Positions 1 through 12,231 of a stretch of 64,000 nt of DNA are shown in pieces (within the stretch, counting starts at the first letter, position 1; every line of letters starts with the position of its first letter). The notes under the pieces are model-generated. The model was given only the letters and a program-made list of their open reading frames with translations. It was not told where the DNA came from and searched no databases. Origin of the DNA: Epiperipatus broadwayi. Lineage: Eukaryota; Animalia; Onychophora. The position numbers and the translations under genes were made by a program. The stretch spans positions 3,596,001-3,660,000 of the forward strand of contig JAQFVV010000002.1 of the NCBI GenBank assembly GCA_028023455.1, read 5' to 3'.

Positions 1-91
1 TACAAAATTTTAGGCTAACCATCATCTAGTCTAAGCTAAATTTAAGGCATATTATAAATCAATCATTAATATTTTTGTTATAAATAAATGT

Positions 92-240
92 AAATATAGA
101 GGATTTGAACTCAGACTTTCAAGCCCCTTCACTATCCACACTATCTCATACTATTGATACATATGACCACACACATCCAGAAAATATAAATAATCACCAA
201 TATACATATTTCATGCTAAACCAGCATTCATCAGTTTTAT
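92..240 (-). repeat. Family A (hammerhead-bearing repeat) copy, partial
   Basis: Minus strand reads CTGATGA ATGCT GGTTT AGCAT GAAA TATGTATATTGGTGATT ... CTGAGTTCAAATCC, matching copies at 15.3, 30.5 and 59.8 kb. The stem I 5' strand is lost (AAAA instead of ACCAA). Confidence 0.85.
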
Positions 241-2795
241 AAGTAAATGATTCTATAATAATAAGCATATCAAAAATATTGAGATCATATTCTTGTTGAT
301 CATTATCATTTCTCAGAGTATCTAGTAACATGAACATACTGATTATCAATGAACTAGTCATTATCACAATAAAATGTATAAAAGTGTGTACACTTTAATG
401 ATGATCTTCATCACTTTAATACCATATAAATAATTCTAAAGAAAATTATATAATGTCCACAAAATCTATATACATATATGCACACATACCATTAGTTTTA
501 AGCCACTTTGGGATTTCAAGAATCATAATGCTTGTCAACAACAGAAAGTATACACAATCTATTCTAGCATTAAATAACTTCAGTGGAATATTTTAAAACA
601 ATAATTAATAAAAGTATTGATTAGAAATATTAATAAAAAATGAAAGATATGATAAATACTTTACAAGTAAAGCATTCTGATTTTGACTTACAAATACCAC
701 AAACTATTTTATTAGACTAAAAAACAAAACTATACATATAACATTTTTTAAATTATAGTTTACAAATACATGAATTGCCAATGGTATTAAATAAACATAT
801 ATATGTATGCTCATGCGTGCATGTCTGATAATAAAAAAAACATTCCAGTTATAAATAAGCAAATAAAGATTCTATTTTAACAAATTACAATAATAACACG
901 TGTACACATGTATTCTAATTTAAAAATAAAATATTTCCAGTATTAAATCTTGCTTTAAATTAAAAATCAAATTACTTTCACAATCTAATTATAGAAAATG
1001 CAAATACATCAACTCATTCACAAAACCTGGATAACACATTTGATAATTTCATTATATTTCCTAACTCTTAAAATCATTTATGAATGTCACAAGAAATTTC
1101 AAAGATTATAGATCTAGAGTTTCTAGTCTCTGGCAGCTTTTTTCACACATGTGGTATTTTTAATGGGCAGGCATTTTGTCTCATCACCTGCCTATTTGAT
1201 TCAGTAAAAAGTTTTTTTAAAACAAAAAAAAAAAAACATTGAAATGAAATATCTCCAGTGAAAGATTTTTTCATTCTTCAACAATGTATTTAACTTACAT
1301 CAACAGATATAAATTTTCCCAATAACTGACTTTTTTTCCTATACTTTCATATGTTCATTTGTGAAATAATTCTTATGCATGCACTACATAAGACTAATTG
1401 TTTAATTTCTTCATGTATAAAATAGATTATGTATAATTTATAGTACTGGAGTTTCTTAGTGAGCTGATTTCCTATCTAGATTGCTGATGTGATTAGTCCT
1501 ATAAAATAACAGAAAGATAAATGACAGCAGAACTCAACTATCATCAACTTTGATCATTTCTTAACATCAGATGCAATAATAAAGGTCTAGTACTTTCATA
1601 TGGGTTTTAGAACTAACAACAAATTTTGTACCTTGAAGCTGACTTTATATACTATTTCCAATAATTAGTATTCAATATGAACCCATTATTTACAGTGATA
1701 CAAAGGAATTTAAAAGCAAGAGAATTAACAGAAATCCTTTTTGCTTTTGATTAATAAAAGCAAGATAATACATTATAATTGCTCATTTTTAATTTACATT
1801 TTTCAAAACCAAAAAGAAATATTAATTAAATAAATACTTTTTAATCTTTTAAATAAAAAAAATAGATTATAGAATTAACTTTATAAATAATGCATATTAT
1901 CAAAAAAATGTCCTTGTTTTAGACAAAAATATTTTTCTTTCTTTGTTACATTAAACATTTAGATTTTTGTCAAAATCAGGAACAAAATAAGATATTTGTT
2001 AAACAGAAATCTTTTTTATATTTGATTTTAAATTATATATATTATTTTAGAAATATCAAAAAATAATATTACTCAATATTTAATTTACTTGAGTTTATTT
2101 AAATAATTATTTATTTTGTTTCAAGCTTTAAATTTATGTGAATATACTATACACTATGTTGTGTGCCATGAGATCAATCATCTCCTTATATATATCACAT
2201 TAAAAAAATAATAAAATCAAAATTATATTCTGTAACCCATAAAATTTAAAACAAAAAAATATTTTTTACATTATTGTTTACTTTTTTTTTCTGTTAGCAT
2301 CCAATAATTGATAATGAAATAAAATAATTGGATTGCAGATTTCTGACAATAACATTTGAACACTAAAAATATTAAGTTGAACTATGGGTGAAAAACTTAG
2401 TTTTTGAATTGTTAACTCTATTTGTATGGTAAAACATATTGTTGCATAATGAAGTTTTTTTTATTGATGTAACCATATTGCCTAGTATTAATGGCATAAT
2501 ATTCATCATTATAATTAACTTTAAAATATTTAGTCTACTTAATAAAAGGGAAACATGAAATCATAATGTATTTATAGTAATCTATGTCAGTTCATATATA
2601 TATATGTATATAATGTACAATAATATGTATGTAGAAAAATCATTAAAATATATTAAAACTGAAGCTGTAATTCATTTTAATGTAGATAATTATTTTAATG
2701 TAGATAATTATTATCACATATTAATGAGCAAAAAGTGCTGGAAAAATAGAATTCTAGACATATACACTTATTTATAAATTTTGTGCCAACTTTAA

Positions 2796-3720
2796 TCATT
2801 ATCATCATCATCATCATTATCAACCATTATCCATCCACTGCAGGATGAAGGTCTCTCCAATCCATCTTCTCCGATCTTTAGCTTTTCTTCTCCACATCAC
2901 CCCTGCACACTTTCTTATTTCATCCATCTATCTCACATGTGGTCTCTTTCTGGGTCTTTTACAATCTCTTTGAATCCGGTTTAAGATTTAAATTGTTCAT
3001 CTATTATCATCTCTTCTAGCAATATGTCAAAACCAACTCCACTTCAGTTTTTTAATTTTTTCAATGAGGTCAGTAACACCTGTTTGTTCTCTTGCCCATA
3101 TATTGCATTTCAATCTCTTCTTGTTACTCTCAACATGCATCTCTCCATACTTCTTTGAGAGGTCTGAAGTCTCTGTATTGCTCTTCTATTAAGTGTCCAA
3201 GTTTCAGATCCATAAGTAATAACTGATAAAACACATTTATTAAAAACCTTCCTTTTCAAACACATAGGCATATTTCCTTTTAGTATATCAAGTTATTTCT
3301 ACCAAAAGCACTCCAGATCAAGTTTACTTCTATGATTAATTTCATCCATTATGTTTCTATCTGTATTAATAATATGATCAAAATATTTGTAACTGTTAAC
3401 ATCTTCTAATCTTTATAATCAATCTTTATTACCATATTTTAAGAAAATCCATTAAATATTACTTTAGTCTTTTTAATATTTATCTTTAGTCCTACTTTCA
3501 TCTTATAATTCCTGCAACATTTCCTGCAGCTCTAAAGCATTATATCCAAAAACAACTGCATCATCCACACAATGCTTTATTGATTCGCTTCATTATTTTT
3601 TTTATTAGAATTGCATTAAATTTTATAGTCTTTATATTTTTAATATTAAGAAGATACAGTTAAATTTGCATATTCTTTCAGTATGTAAGGCCTTTGATTT
3701 TTAATACCAATTTTTATGAT
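2796..3720 (-). mobile_element. RTE-clade LINE, 3' fragment (decayed RT C-terminus and (ATG)n tail)
   Basis: (CAT)n tract followed by TCCACTGCAGGATGAAGGTCTCTCC on plus. Minus translation gives RDCKRPRKRPHVR*MD (the RTE R.RGRP..RW.D motif). Homologous to the relics at 25.3 and 62 kb. Confidence 0.8.
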
Positions 3721-4628
3721 TTTGCAAAAGTGTCTTGTGTTTAAATGTGTTTTAATTATTTATATATATATTGCAATATAACTAAATGGTGATTTACTGT
3801 CTTTCTGGATATAAAATGTGCTGGAATATTATGTACTGATGATCAATTTCAAATAACTTTTGTATTCATTGTTTTCTATTGATATTTTTCTCTTCCAATA
3901 ATTCAATAAGGTGAGTAGCGATTATCTTTACAGAAACAAATGAGTTGAATTTCTAAAAAAGAAAAATATCAGATTAAAAATAGTGTAAAATTGGTCATTA
4001 TTAAAAATCACAATAAAATATTATGATATTTATTGTAAACACTAAAAAAAAGTAATGGTAAAATAATTTTTATATATATAATTACATTTTTATAATTATT
4101 GTATCATTTTAATTAATTTTTTCAACATTGTATCACCTTTATAATAAGGAGCTCTTTATCACTTGAATTATCAATATGTAAAAAGTTCCTAATTAATACC
4201 AATTTAGAAATGATACTATGAAAAGATTTAAATTATTTAAAATCAGTAAAAGAGATTAATCTAAATTTTTATTTTAATGAACAATATTTATAATAAAGTC
4301 TAAATCTAGATATAACAACAATACAGATCACTAAGATTTAAAAAAAAAGATTATTCAGGTTTCCTTCTAACTGTAAATAGCAAGGTTAAACTTCAAAGGT
4401 TTAAAACAGTTCTAAGAATTAATTGAATTTAATGTTCTTCATAATCAATTTATACTAAATATAAATTTAAAATTATAAATATTAAAGTAGTAGCAATTTA
4501 TTATTTAATCTCTTTACTGCCACATGGACCATAATAACTACTTATAAATTTGGTAGAAGATGTAACTTTCACAACAACTTTATATGATCACATGATCACC
4601 ATCTCTATACTAGCACATAATTGTTGTA

Positions 4629-4705
4629 AACAAAGGCAAAACTCTCCATTGATTACTCTGTTTGGCACAGGGTGGCACTACTATATGGGCAGTTTTGCCT
4701 TTGTT
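4629..4705. repeat. Small inverted repeat (15-bp arms)
   Basis: AACAAAGGCAAAACT (4629-4643) is the reverse complement of AGTTTTGCCTTTGTT (4691-4705). Confidence 0.6.
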
Positions 4706-5300
4706 AACTTTATATGATGTCAGAAATAAAAGTTAACATAACATGGAATAGAATAAAACTGAAAAAAATACAATAATTATCTTTAAATAAAACAAATTTA
4801 ACCATTTTTAAAACTATTAATTTCGACTTTATTCATAAATTGTTAGTTTTAATATTGAAATTTTAAAATGTAATTTGAATAAAATTAAACAAAATTTGAT
4901 TACAATGATATATAATAGTACTCATGGATCATATTTTATGCCATTGTTTTTATGATAGTAATAGAATTTTCTGAATTAAGTTTTAAAGTAGAACCCACCT
5001 AAGATAACTTATGATTAGAGTCTGTAAATTATGCAGTGATTTATTTTCACATAGTTATTTAATAATATCATTAATAAATTATGATCTAAAAATATAAACA
5101 TATTCAAAATAACACAAATGCACATATATTTATGCACTTCATTCAAACCTATATTCAAAGCTGGAATAACTTTTAATTTAATTTTTATTGAAATAGTTAA
5201 GGCTTTACTTCATTAGCGTTTGAAATCAATTAATATATATATGTGCTCTGCGCACAGATAATTAAGCTATTAAACGTAAGTAAAATGATCAAAAGGTACT

Positions 5301-5342
5301 ACCAAGCACTTTCGGGACAGTTTATAGTCCCATATTCATGGC
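5301..5342 (-). ncRNA. Hammerhead-like motif, variant core AUGAAUAU
   Basis: Minus strand: GCC ATGAATAT GGGAC TATAAACT GTCCC GAAA GTGC TT GGT (stem I / core / stem II / GAAA / short stem III / UH / stem I). Confidence 0.6.
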
Positions 5343-5384
5343 GACTTGTATTTGGTTAAGACAGTTCTTAACCAAATACAAGTC

Positions 5385-5426
5385 GCCATAAATATGGGAC
5401 TATAAACTGTCCCGAAAGCACTTGGC
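5385..5426 (+). ncRNA. Hammerhead-like motif, variant core AUAAAUAU
   Basis: GCC ATAAATAT GGGAC TATAAACT GTCCC GAAA GCAC TT GGC; mirror copy of 5301-5342. Confidence 0.55.
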
Positions 5427-8256
5427 AGTAACTTTTGATAATTTTACTTACGTTTAATAGCTTCATTATCTGTGCGCAGAGTACATATATATATATATTA
5501 ATTTAATTTTTATTGTACAGAATAACAAATAATTTTGGAGAAAAGATTGATTTAATTTCATATGAATATTAAAATAATAAAATTAATAATTTAAATTCTT
5601 ACTTGTATAGCTCTATCAATTTTTTTAAATGCCTATCTCATATAAATTCTTAATTATTATTTTTTAATAAAAAAAAAAATTTAAAAAAAGAAAACCTTCT
5701 ATAAAAAATATCATGAAAAGTAAAAACTGTATGAGATAGTCATATGCAGTTATCAATAAAGTTAATTTTCAAGTGAAGGTTCATAAGTATATGGTAACAC
5801 TATAATTTGGACAAGTCCTCTTATAGATGTTCCATGTCTTTTGGATACACCAAATCTGTAACAATATAATTGGTCTACTTGAAATGAATAGAGTTACACA
5901 AATTAAGCAAGCTAAATCCATAACAGAATAAATTTAAACAATAATTTTATTTAAGCCCTATTAATAAAGTATGCTAAAATCTATTACAATAAAGTTTAAA
6001 ATCTATTAATAATATTTATATTTTAATCAAATGATAACCTGACTGGATGCCAAAATTTAATACATAAAATAAAATAATTCATTTGAATATTCATAATGAA
6101 TACATAATTTATATCTGGATTAATTCACAAATAACTTTTTTATATTATTATGTACTAAAGCTTATAATAGTATTAAAGGAAGAATAAAATTATTTAAGCT
6201 TGATGATTATATATAAAGTTTGTGACAATAATTTATTGACTAGCTCTTATTTTTGAATAATACCAATTGATATTTATGAAAACACTAGCTTACCTTTGAT
6301 AATTACTCAATTCTAATAAAGCAATAAAATGTATATTATTTTGCTAATTAAATTTTTAAATGTTGTGATTGCACAGAGACTTTAAATTATTATTGCTATA
6401 TCATATACCTACCAAATCAAATAAGATTATTAAATTTAATAAATAAGCAACAATTTTATTTACAAAATAAATAATAAGACATTAATTTGTTTAATAGTTT
6501 GCAATGATTTGTTATAAAATGTTCTAATGTTTTAACTGTAATATGATAGTGAGACATCACATATTTTGACCAGAAAGAGGAATACTGATTTATTTTCAGT
6601 AGACAATATATATCAAATATTCAAAAGAAAATGATAATCTGTTTGAGTTTTCCCACTGATCAAATAAGTTAATCAATAGATTATAATTGTTATTTTACAA
6701 ATGACTTATTACATGTGACCATGAATAAATAAACAAAAAAAACAAGTCAGCAAGCAAAAAATTATTCTCATTGTTTAAATTTTATCTTAGAACTATTAAG
6801 ATTTTTTTCTGTTTAATTATTTATATATACACACCTATTTACACCCATATATACCTTAAATGACTTTAAAAACAATAATAATAATAATATTAATAACAGT
6901 TATATAAATAAAACATATGATCAGTTTTATCAAATGATGTAAGATATTGATTAATGTTTAAGTTTACATGAATAAAATCCAAGAAAAGATTTTTTTTAAA
7001 AAGTTTAGTAGTCCCAAGAACTTATTTCTTTTTAAAATATTTAAAGTTTATTAAAATGAATAATCCATAGTAAGTTGCAAACTTCACATTTTAGTTGACA
7101 TCAAGTAATAAGCATTGTTTCATCCTTCTTAAAAAAATGTATCAAATCGATATTTAAATATATCCAAAATGATTATCCATTAGGTCATAGCATTTGATGA
7201 ATTATTTATTATCCAACAATAGATATATATATATATGTTAATTCATAAGTAAAATTATAAAGGCATTTTATAATTTTTTTCTAGAACACACTTAAAACAA
7301 ATTCCATTTCTTAGTTGTTATACTAGATCATCTCTCAAAAGATCAATTGTCTTTGGAAACTAAAACATTATTATGACTTAGCCTTTCATTATTTAAATTA
7401 AACATTTAAATATATATATATTATATTTGTGATATATGTATATATAAAGAGTGTCTCTTAAGTTAAATTAGACAATTTATATAATTTTCTTACTGACATA
7501 ACATTTTAGGTCATTGACATAGATACAGTATCCAATGTCCAACTCAAAATATATCCCTTTTAATTCGTTGAGTGATAGTTCAACTTTAATTAGAATTTTT
7601 ATTTTTATTTTTTACAAACACATTCATGAACAAAATGATTTTCTTTTAATCTTTTAAAAAATATTTTAAAATAAAAATATCAATGATTTTAATTTCTTAT
7701 TAAATTACAAATCAGAGAATAAAAATACATTTGTTTGTTTAACAAAATATTACTACATTTTAAGATACCTTTTATAATAACAATATTATTTTAAAATATG
7801 TGATTTTAAATTTACAAAATCTAAATATACATGCACATATCTTTATATACATATATGAAAATATAACTTATTTATTTATCTAAACCTATTATTGTTAAAA
7901 TATTATGATAGACAAAACACTAATTCAAACCTATCAAAATATACTTTCAAATTTACATCATATTTTTTTAGTCAGGTATAAAATTTAACACAATAAATTA
8001 CCTATTATATTATTTAAATAATAAAAAAATGAATTGCAAATGTTAGTTTGTATTCAGTGTATCTACAATAGCTCCAAAATTAGGATAAACATTACTTGAT
8101 GATATTAGACAGTTAATAACACATAAAGTCATGTCAATATTTTTTAAAATATTACAATGTCTGTATTAAATTTAATAAAAGATGATACAATATGTAGCAT
8201 TTACATTTCTGTTTTTATATTTAAAACAGTATCAAGGCATATGAAGATTGCTGATA

Positions 8257-8305
8257 TTGGCCTGGGTTCGCTTCCCGGTCAACACATTTGATATATAAAA
8301 AAAAG
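8257..8305 (+). mobile_element. 5'-truncated tRNA-Gly-derived SINE
   Basis: GGGTTCGCTTCCCGGTCAACAC (B box / T arm) followed by TTTGATATATAAAAAAAA, the same 3' end as the copies at 49992 and 55039. Confidence 0.65.
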
Positions 8306-9249
8306 TAAGAATAGAAAAAAAGTTGTTAAAAATATTTAAAATTATTAAATTAATACACCTGAGTCTCATTTTATGCGGATTATTTTAATGCGATTTTGAA
8401 GTTATGCAATTCATATTTCTTCTTAATATCTTTCATATTTCACTATATTTATTAGATATCAAGAAATTTAAATTATTAATAACTTATTTTGAATTGAAAC
8501 TTTTTTTTTCAAAAATATGTTATATTACCAGCTAACGTAAATATGGCCTGAAGCTGTATTTAGAATCTTAGCTTCTATGTAAATAACCTACTTATACTAA
8601 TGAGTAAATAATAATAATAGATTTATATGTGTGTATAAAAATATCACAATAAATATTCAAAAATTTTAAACTTTTAAAATGTATTTTGTTAGATATTAAC
8701 AGAAATAAATATTTTTTTAGATTTTTAAAATAAATAATTATGAATATTTTATTGATTTTATAAATTGAAAATAATCTTTCTAATGACAATGCATAATCTT
8801 TTTGTTTTGATTGCGATCTCATTTTTTTAATATAGAAACAGAAAAACATTAACACAGCACAAGACCGAAAGTGGTGCTAGTTGTACATCACATTACAAAT
8901 CTGATTTCTTATCAGTTCACAAACACATATTGTCAAATAGCAGTAATGATTAAAATATGTATGAAAAAATATAAAATTAAATACTGTAGTTAATAAAAAA
9001 GTAAAAAAAGTTTGTCTTGTATTAATTTTTTTCAAATATTTGAAATTTTTTATTAGTCATACATTATTTCCTTATTTTTTTAATGTGAATTTTAAAGTAA
9101 TTTTTCCTTGTTACTTTGTTTTATGCTGATTTCCAAAAATTACAGAACCTATCCCCCATTTTCCAAGGTAAGTTAATTCTATTTTTATGCAATTTCTTTT
9201 GTGCACATTTTCTGAGAAACCTATCTACCACATAAAATGAGACCCAGGT

Positions 9250-9480
9250 GTATATCTATATGTGCTAACATGCAGTTAAAGGTGAAGCTAAATAAGGATT
9301 CTTTAATTCGCAATTTGCCTATTTTGAATATCTGTCACATATAGTCCACCTTTTCCCAGATAATTCTTTGGTTGATTATGAATATACAGAATTTCCTTGA
9401 AAGTGCTAAGACACCTTAATATTATAGTTATCATTTTAGCTCCATCTTTAACTGCATGTCAGTGCATATAGATATATTAC
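9250..9480. repeat. MITE-like element with ~50-bp imperfect terminal inverted repeats
   Basis: TATATCTATATGTGCTAACATGCAGTTAAAGGTGAAGCTAAA is approximately the reverse complement of TTTAGCTCCATCTTTAACTGCATGTCAGTGCATATAGATATA. Confidence 0.6.
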
Positions 9481-11115
9481 TGTTCATTTAAGGTAAACTT
9501 ATTTATCTGTTATTACATAATTAAATTAAGTAAATGATATCATTTTATCAATCCATTTATTACATAAATAAAAATAATAATTATATGACAATATGTAATC
9601 AATAACATGTAAAGGATTAAATTGTGAAAAGATGTCTAGAATAAAAACTAAAGATGAACTTTTTAATAACTTTTATTTTAACTTCTTTGTTGCTGATTAT
9701 TTTATTGGCTGAGTGAGGTAAAAGTCTGAACTTTTAATTGGTCAATTCACAAACTGAAGTGTCAAAACACAAATTCAATCATCAAAATATATTCATCTTT
9801 TAATATTATATTCACTTTAGTTTCATTTGTAAAAAATATATTAATAATTTGTCAGATTATGAAAGTGAACGAAAGTTTTTTCAAAAATAAATTTCTCTTA
9901 ATAACATTAAAAATATTTGCGAGTGGTAAATGTAAAACGAATATTATATTCACCAATGAAAACGTTTTATGACATCAGTGATTTCTTTTGCCAATTTTAC
10001 ACTGCAAAAAAAGTAAATAATTTTTGTTAAATTCTTAACTACTTTTCTAAAATAATTTTATTTTTAGTATATTTTATCAAAATAATTTATAATTTGTCAA
10101 AAAATACGTTTAAAATGGTCTAAAACATTCGTTTATCATTTTCGAAATGAAACAAAAACAAATTGTAACTTTTGAGTTATTGACATTTCATTTTCTTTGT
10201 GTCAAAATGTAACAGCCAATAAGATTCAAGAAGAGACCACCCATTTTTTTTGTTAAAGTTTTGATGACCGTTTTATTGATTTTTTTAATAACTTTTATTT
10301 TAAATTTAAATTTATATTTCTACTTTTGTTTTCTTTTATAATATTGGATGCTCATTTATCCATTTGTTTTATGCTATTTTTTTACATTAAAAGTTAATGA
10401 AATTGAAAAAATATGACATAGAATTTAAAATTTTTATCGTTTTGCCTCTCAATTTCATAAAAATGGATATAAGCTTTTTCATCTTTTATACATGCATTGA
10501 TTAGCTTAGAATGTTTATTAATATATGATAAAAAATTTCAAATAATTTCTAGTAGAATTGAAAATATTGAAAATTAGAAAAGGAAAAAAAAACATGGAGA
10601 TAAGGCAAGCAAGTTAATAAAAAAATATTCTGAAATGTTTGATTATATAAGATATAGCTGCATCCCATTGAATAAAAGTCAGCCTAAAAAGTTAAAGGTG
10701 AACAAATCTTAATAAAAGCTCTAAGCAATTCAGAAATTCATTTTTTAAAAAAATTAAATGAAGAAATAAGAAAAGGATATTACTATCTATGAATTTATTA
10801 TCAGCAAAACAAAGTTGATTAGATATAATTCAGCAGAAATTGAGAATATTAAAAATGTAAAGACTTGTTCGAGTAAAGAGGCAAAAATGAAAATATGCAG
10901 GTAAACAAAATGATAAATTCAGAAAATTGTATTTTGAAATAAGTTGAAGACAGAAAAGGTTCCAGCATAATTTAACTACATTTTGAGAACTTCACAATAA
11001 TTTGGCAGAATGATAAAATGCCCTACTTTACTTTAAAAACCTTTAACAAAAAACACTTATTTATAATTGTTAATAAAGAAGAATATTCACACTCTTCAAA
11101 AACAAGTGGTACACT

Positions 11116-12135
11116 ATGCAAGATGGATGGCCTATGGGCCTTCCTATTAGTGGTATTCTATCTAGCATATATTTAAATAAATACGAGCTATCAATCATTC
11201 CAAAATATCACAATAGCAACCAAGACTTTACATATGTTCGTTATGTAGTCGATATTTTTATAATAACCTCTAAAGATAATATTTTAAACATACGTGATCT
11301 ACAAAACTTACCCAAACTTTCATTCACCATCACATATGAAAATAATAAAGAACTTAAATATCTAGACCTCTCTTTATCGAGAAATTGTCATTTAATAGAT
11401 TACAAAATGATTGTCAAACCATTTGAAATTCGAAGCTGTATCCATCCTAACTCTAACTCACCTGCATCGCATAAATTTGCTGGCCTTAATGCATTTTTGT
11501 TCAGAAACTTTTATTTATGTAAATACGAGGCAGACAGGAAAGAAAACATAAACAACTATATTAAAGATCTATTAGCAGCAGGGTTCAAATTTACATCTAT
11601 TAAAAATAAAATCACTAAATTTCATAATACAATAAACAATAAAGCACCTCGCACCAATCTACCAAGAATAACAATCCCCTACATTTCTAAAATATCTAAC
11701 AAACTAACGAAAGCATTAACTGATAAATTTAACATAGCATTTAGAACTCCACCTAATTCTAATAGATTGATTAACAACTCTAAAGACCACATTGATCGAT
11801 CGTTCACCCCACACATGGTGTATTCCATTGCCTGCCCTCAGGCTGGATGCCACGCTATATATTATGGTGAAACGAAAGCTACAATCAAAACTAGACTGGC
11901 TCAACATCTTTACATGTATAACAGAGTCCAGAGGAACAGTAACACAATCTCTGTATTTTTGGAATATGCTAAACAATCTGGACACAACTTCACACCTTCC
12001 AATCCCATAATATTGTGCTCAAAATCAAACGATCACAAAAGAAAAATAAAGAAGGCATTTTACATTAATGGAAACATCCATGCTATTAATAGGAAAGACA
12101 CTTGTTTCAAAATTTCGAAGAAATGGGCTACGTAA
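11116..12135 (+). CDS. PLE reverse transcriptase (C-terminal half) + GIY-YIG endonuclease; truncated, catalytic YVDD reads YVVD
   Basis: QDGWPMGLPISGILSSIYL (PLE G..MGSP motif), YVRYVVD, LKYLDL and VYSIACPQAGCHAIYYGETKATIKTRLAQH (GIY-YIG with the Cys insert typical of PLEs). Confidence 0.9.
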   Translation: MQDGWPMGLPISGILSSIYLNKYELSIIPKYHNSNQDFTYVRYVVDIFIITSKDNILNIRDLQNLPKLSFTITYENNKELKYLDLSLSRNCHLIDYKMIVKPFEIRSCIHPNSNSPASHKFAGLNAFLFRNFYLCKYEADRKENINNYIKDLLAAGFKFTSIKNKITKFHNTINNKAPRTNLPRITIPYISKISNKLTKALTDKFNIAFRTPPNSNRLINNSKDHIDRSFTPHMVYSIACPQAGCHAIYYGETKATIKTRLAQHLYMYNRVQRNSNTISVFLEYAKQSGHNFTPSNPIILCSKSNDHKRKIKKAFYINGNIHAINRKDTCFKISKKWAT

Positions 12136-12176
12136 TACTAGCTTATTTGAATATTTGCATATATTTTACTATACAT

Positions 12177-12231
12177 TTTATGAAGGCTATAAATATGAGG
12201 TATGGATCCTCGAAAACGTTAAGCCGATAAA
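12177..12231 (+). ncRNA. Hammerhead-like motif (variant core AUAAAUAU) in the PLE 3' terminal repeat
   Basis: TTTA tgaa GGCT ATAAATAT GAGG TATGGAT CCTC GAAA ACGT TA AGCC ga TAAA: stem I GGCT/AGCC extended by TTTA/TAAA, stem II GAGG/CCTC, palindromic stem III ACGT. It lies 50 nt after the ORF stop, where PLE hammerheads normally sit. Confidence 0.65.

Larger units (their letters stand above)
5228..5503. repeat. Near-perfect palindrome (~135-bp arms, 4-nt loop CAGT at 5362-5365), probably an inverted pair of PLE terminal repeats
   Basis: Arms pair base by base with only a few transitions (e.g. GTGC/GCAC, ATGAATAT/ATAAATAT). Each arm holds a hammerhead-like fold. Confidence 0.9.

Noticed and set aside
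8855-8880. Possible Helitron 3' end (AGCAC...GTGCTAG|T)
   Set aside because: The hairpin is imperfect and overlaps the CTAG, and no matching 5' TC end or second copy was seen.
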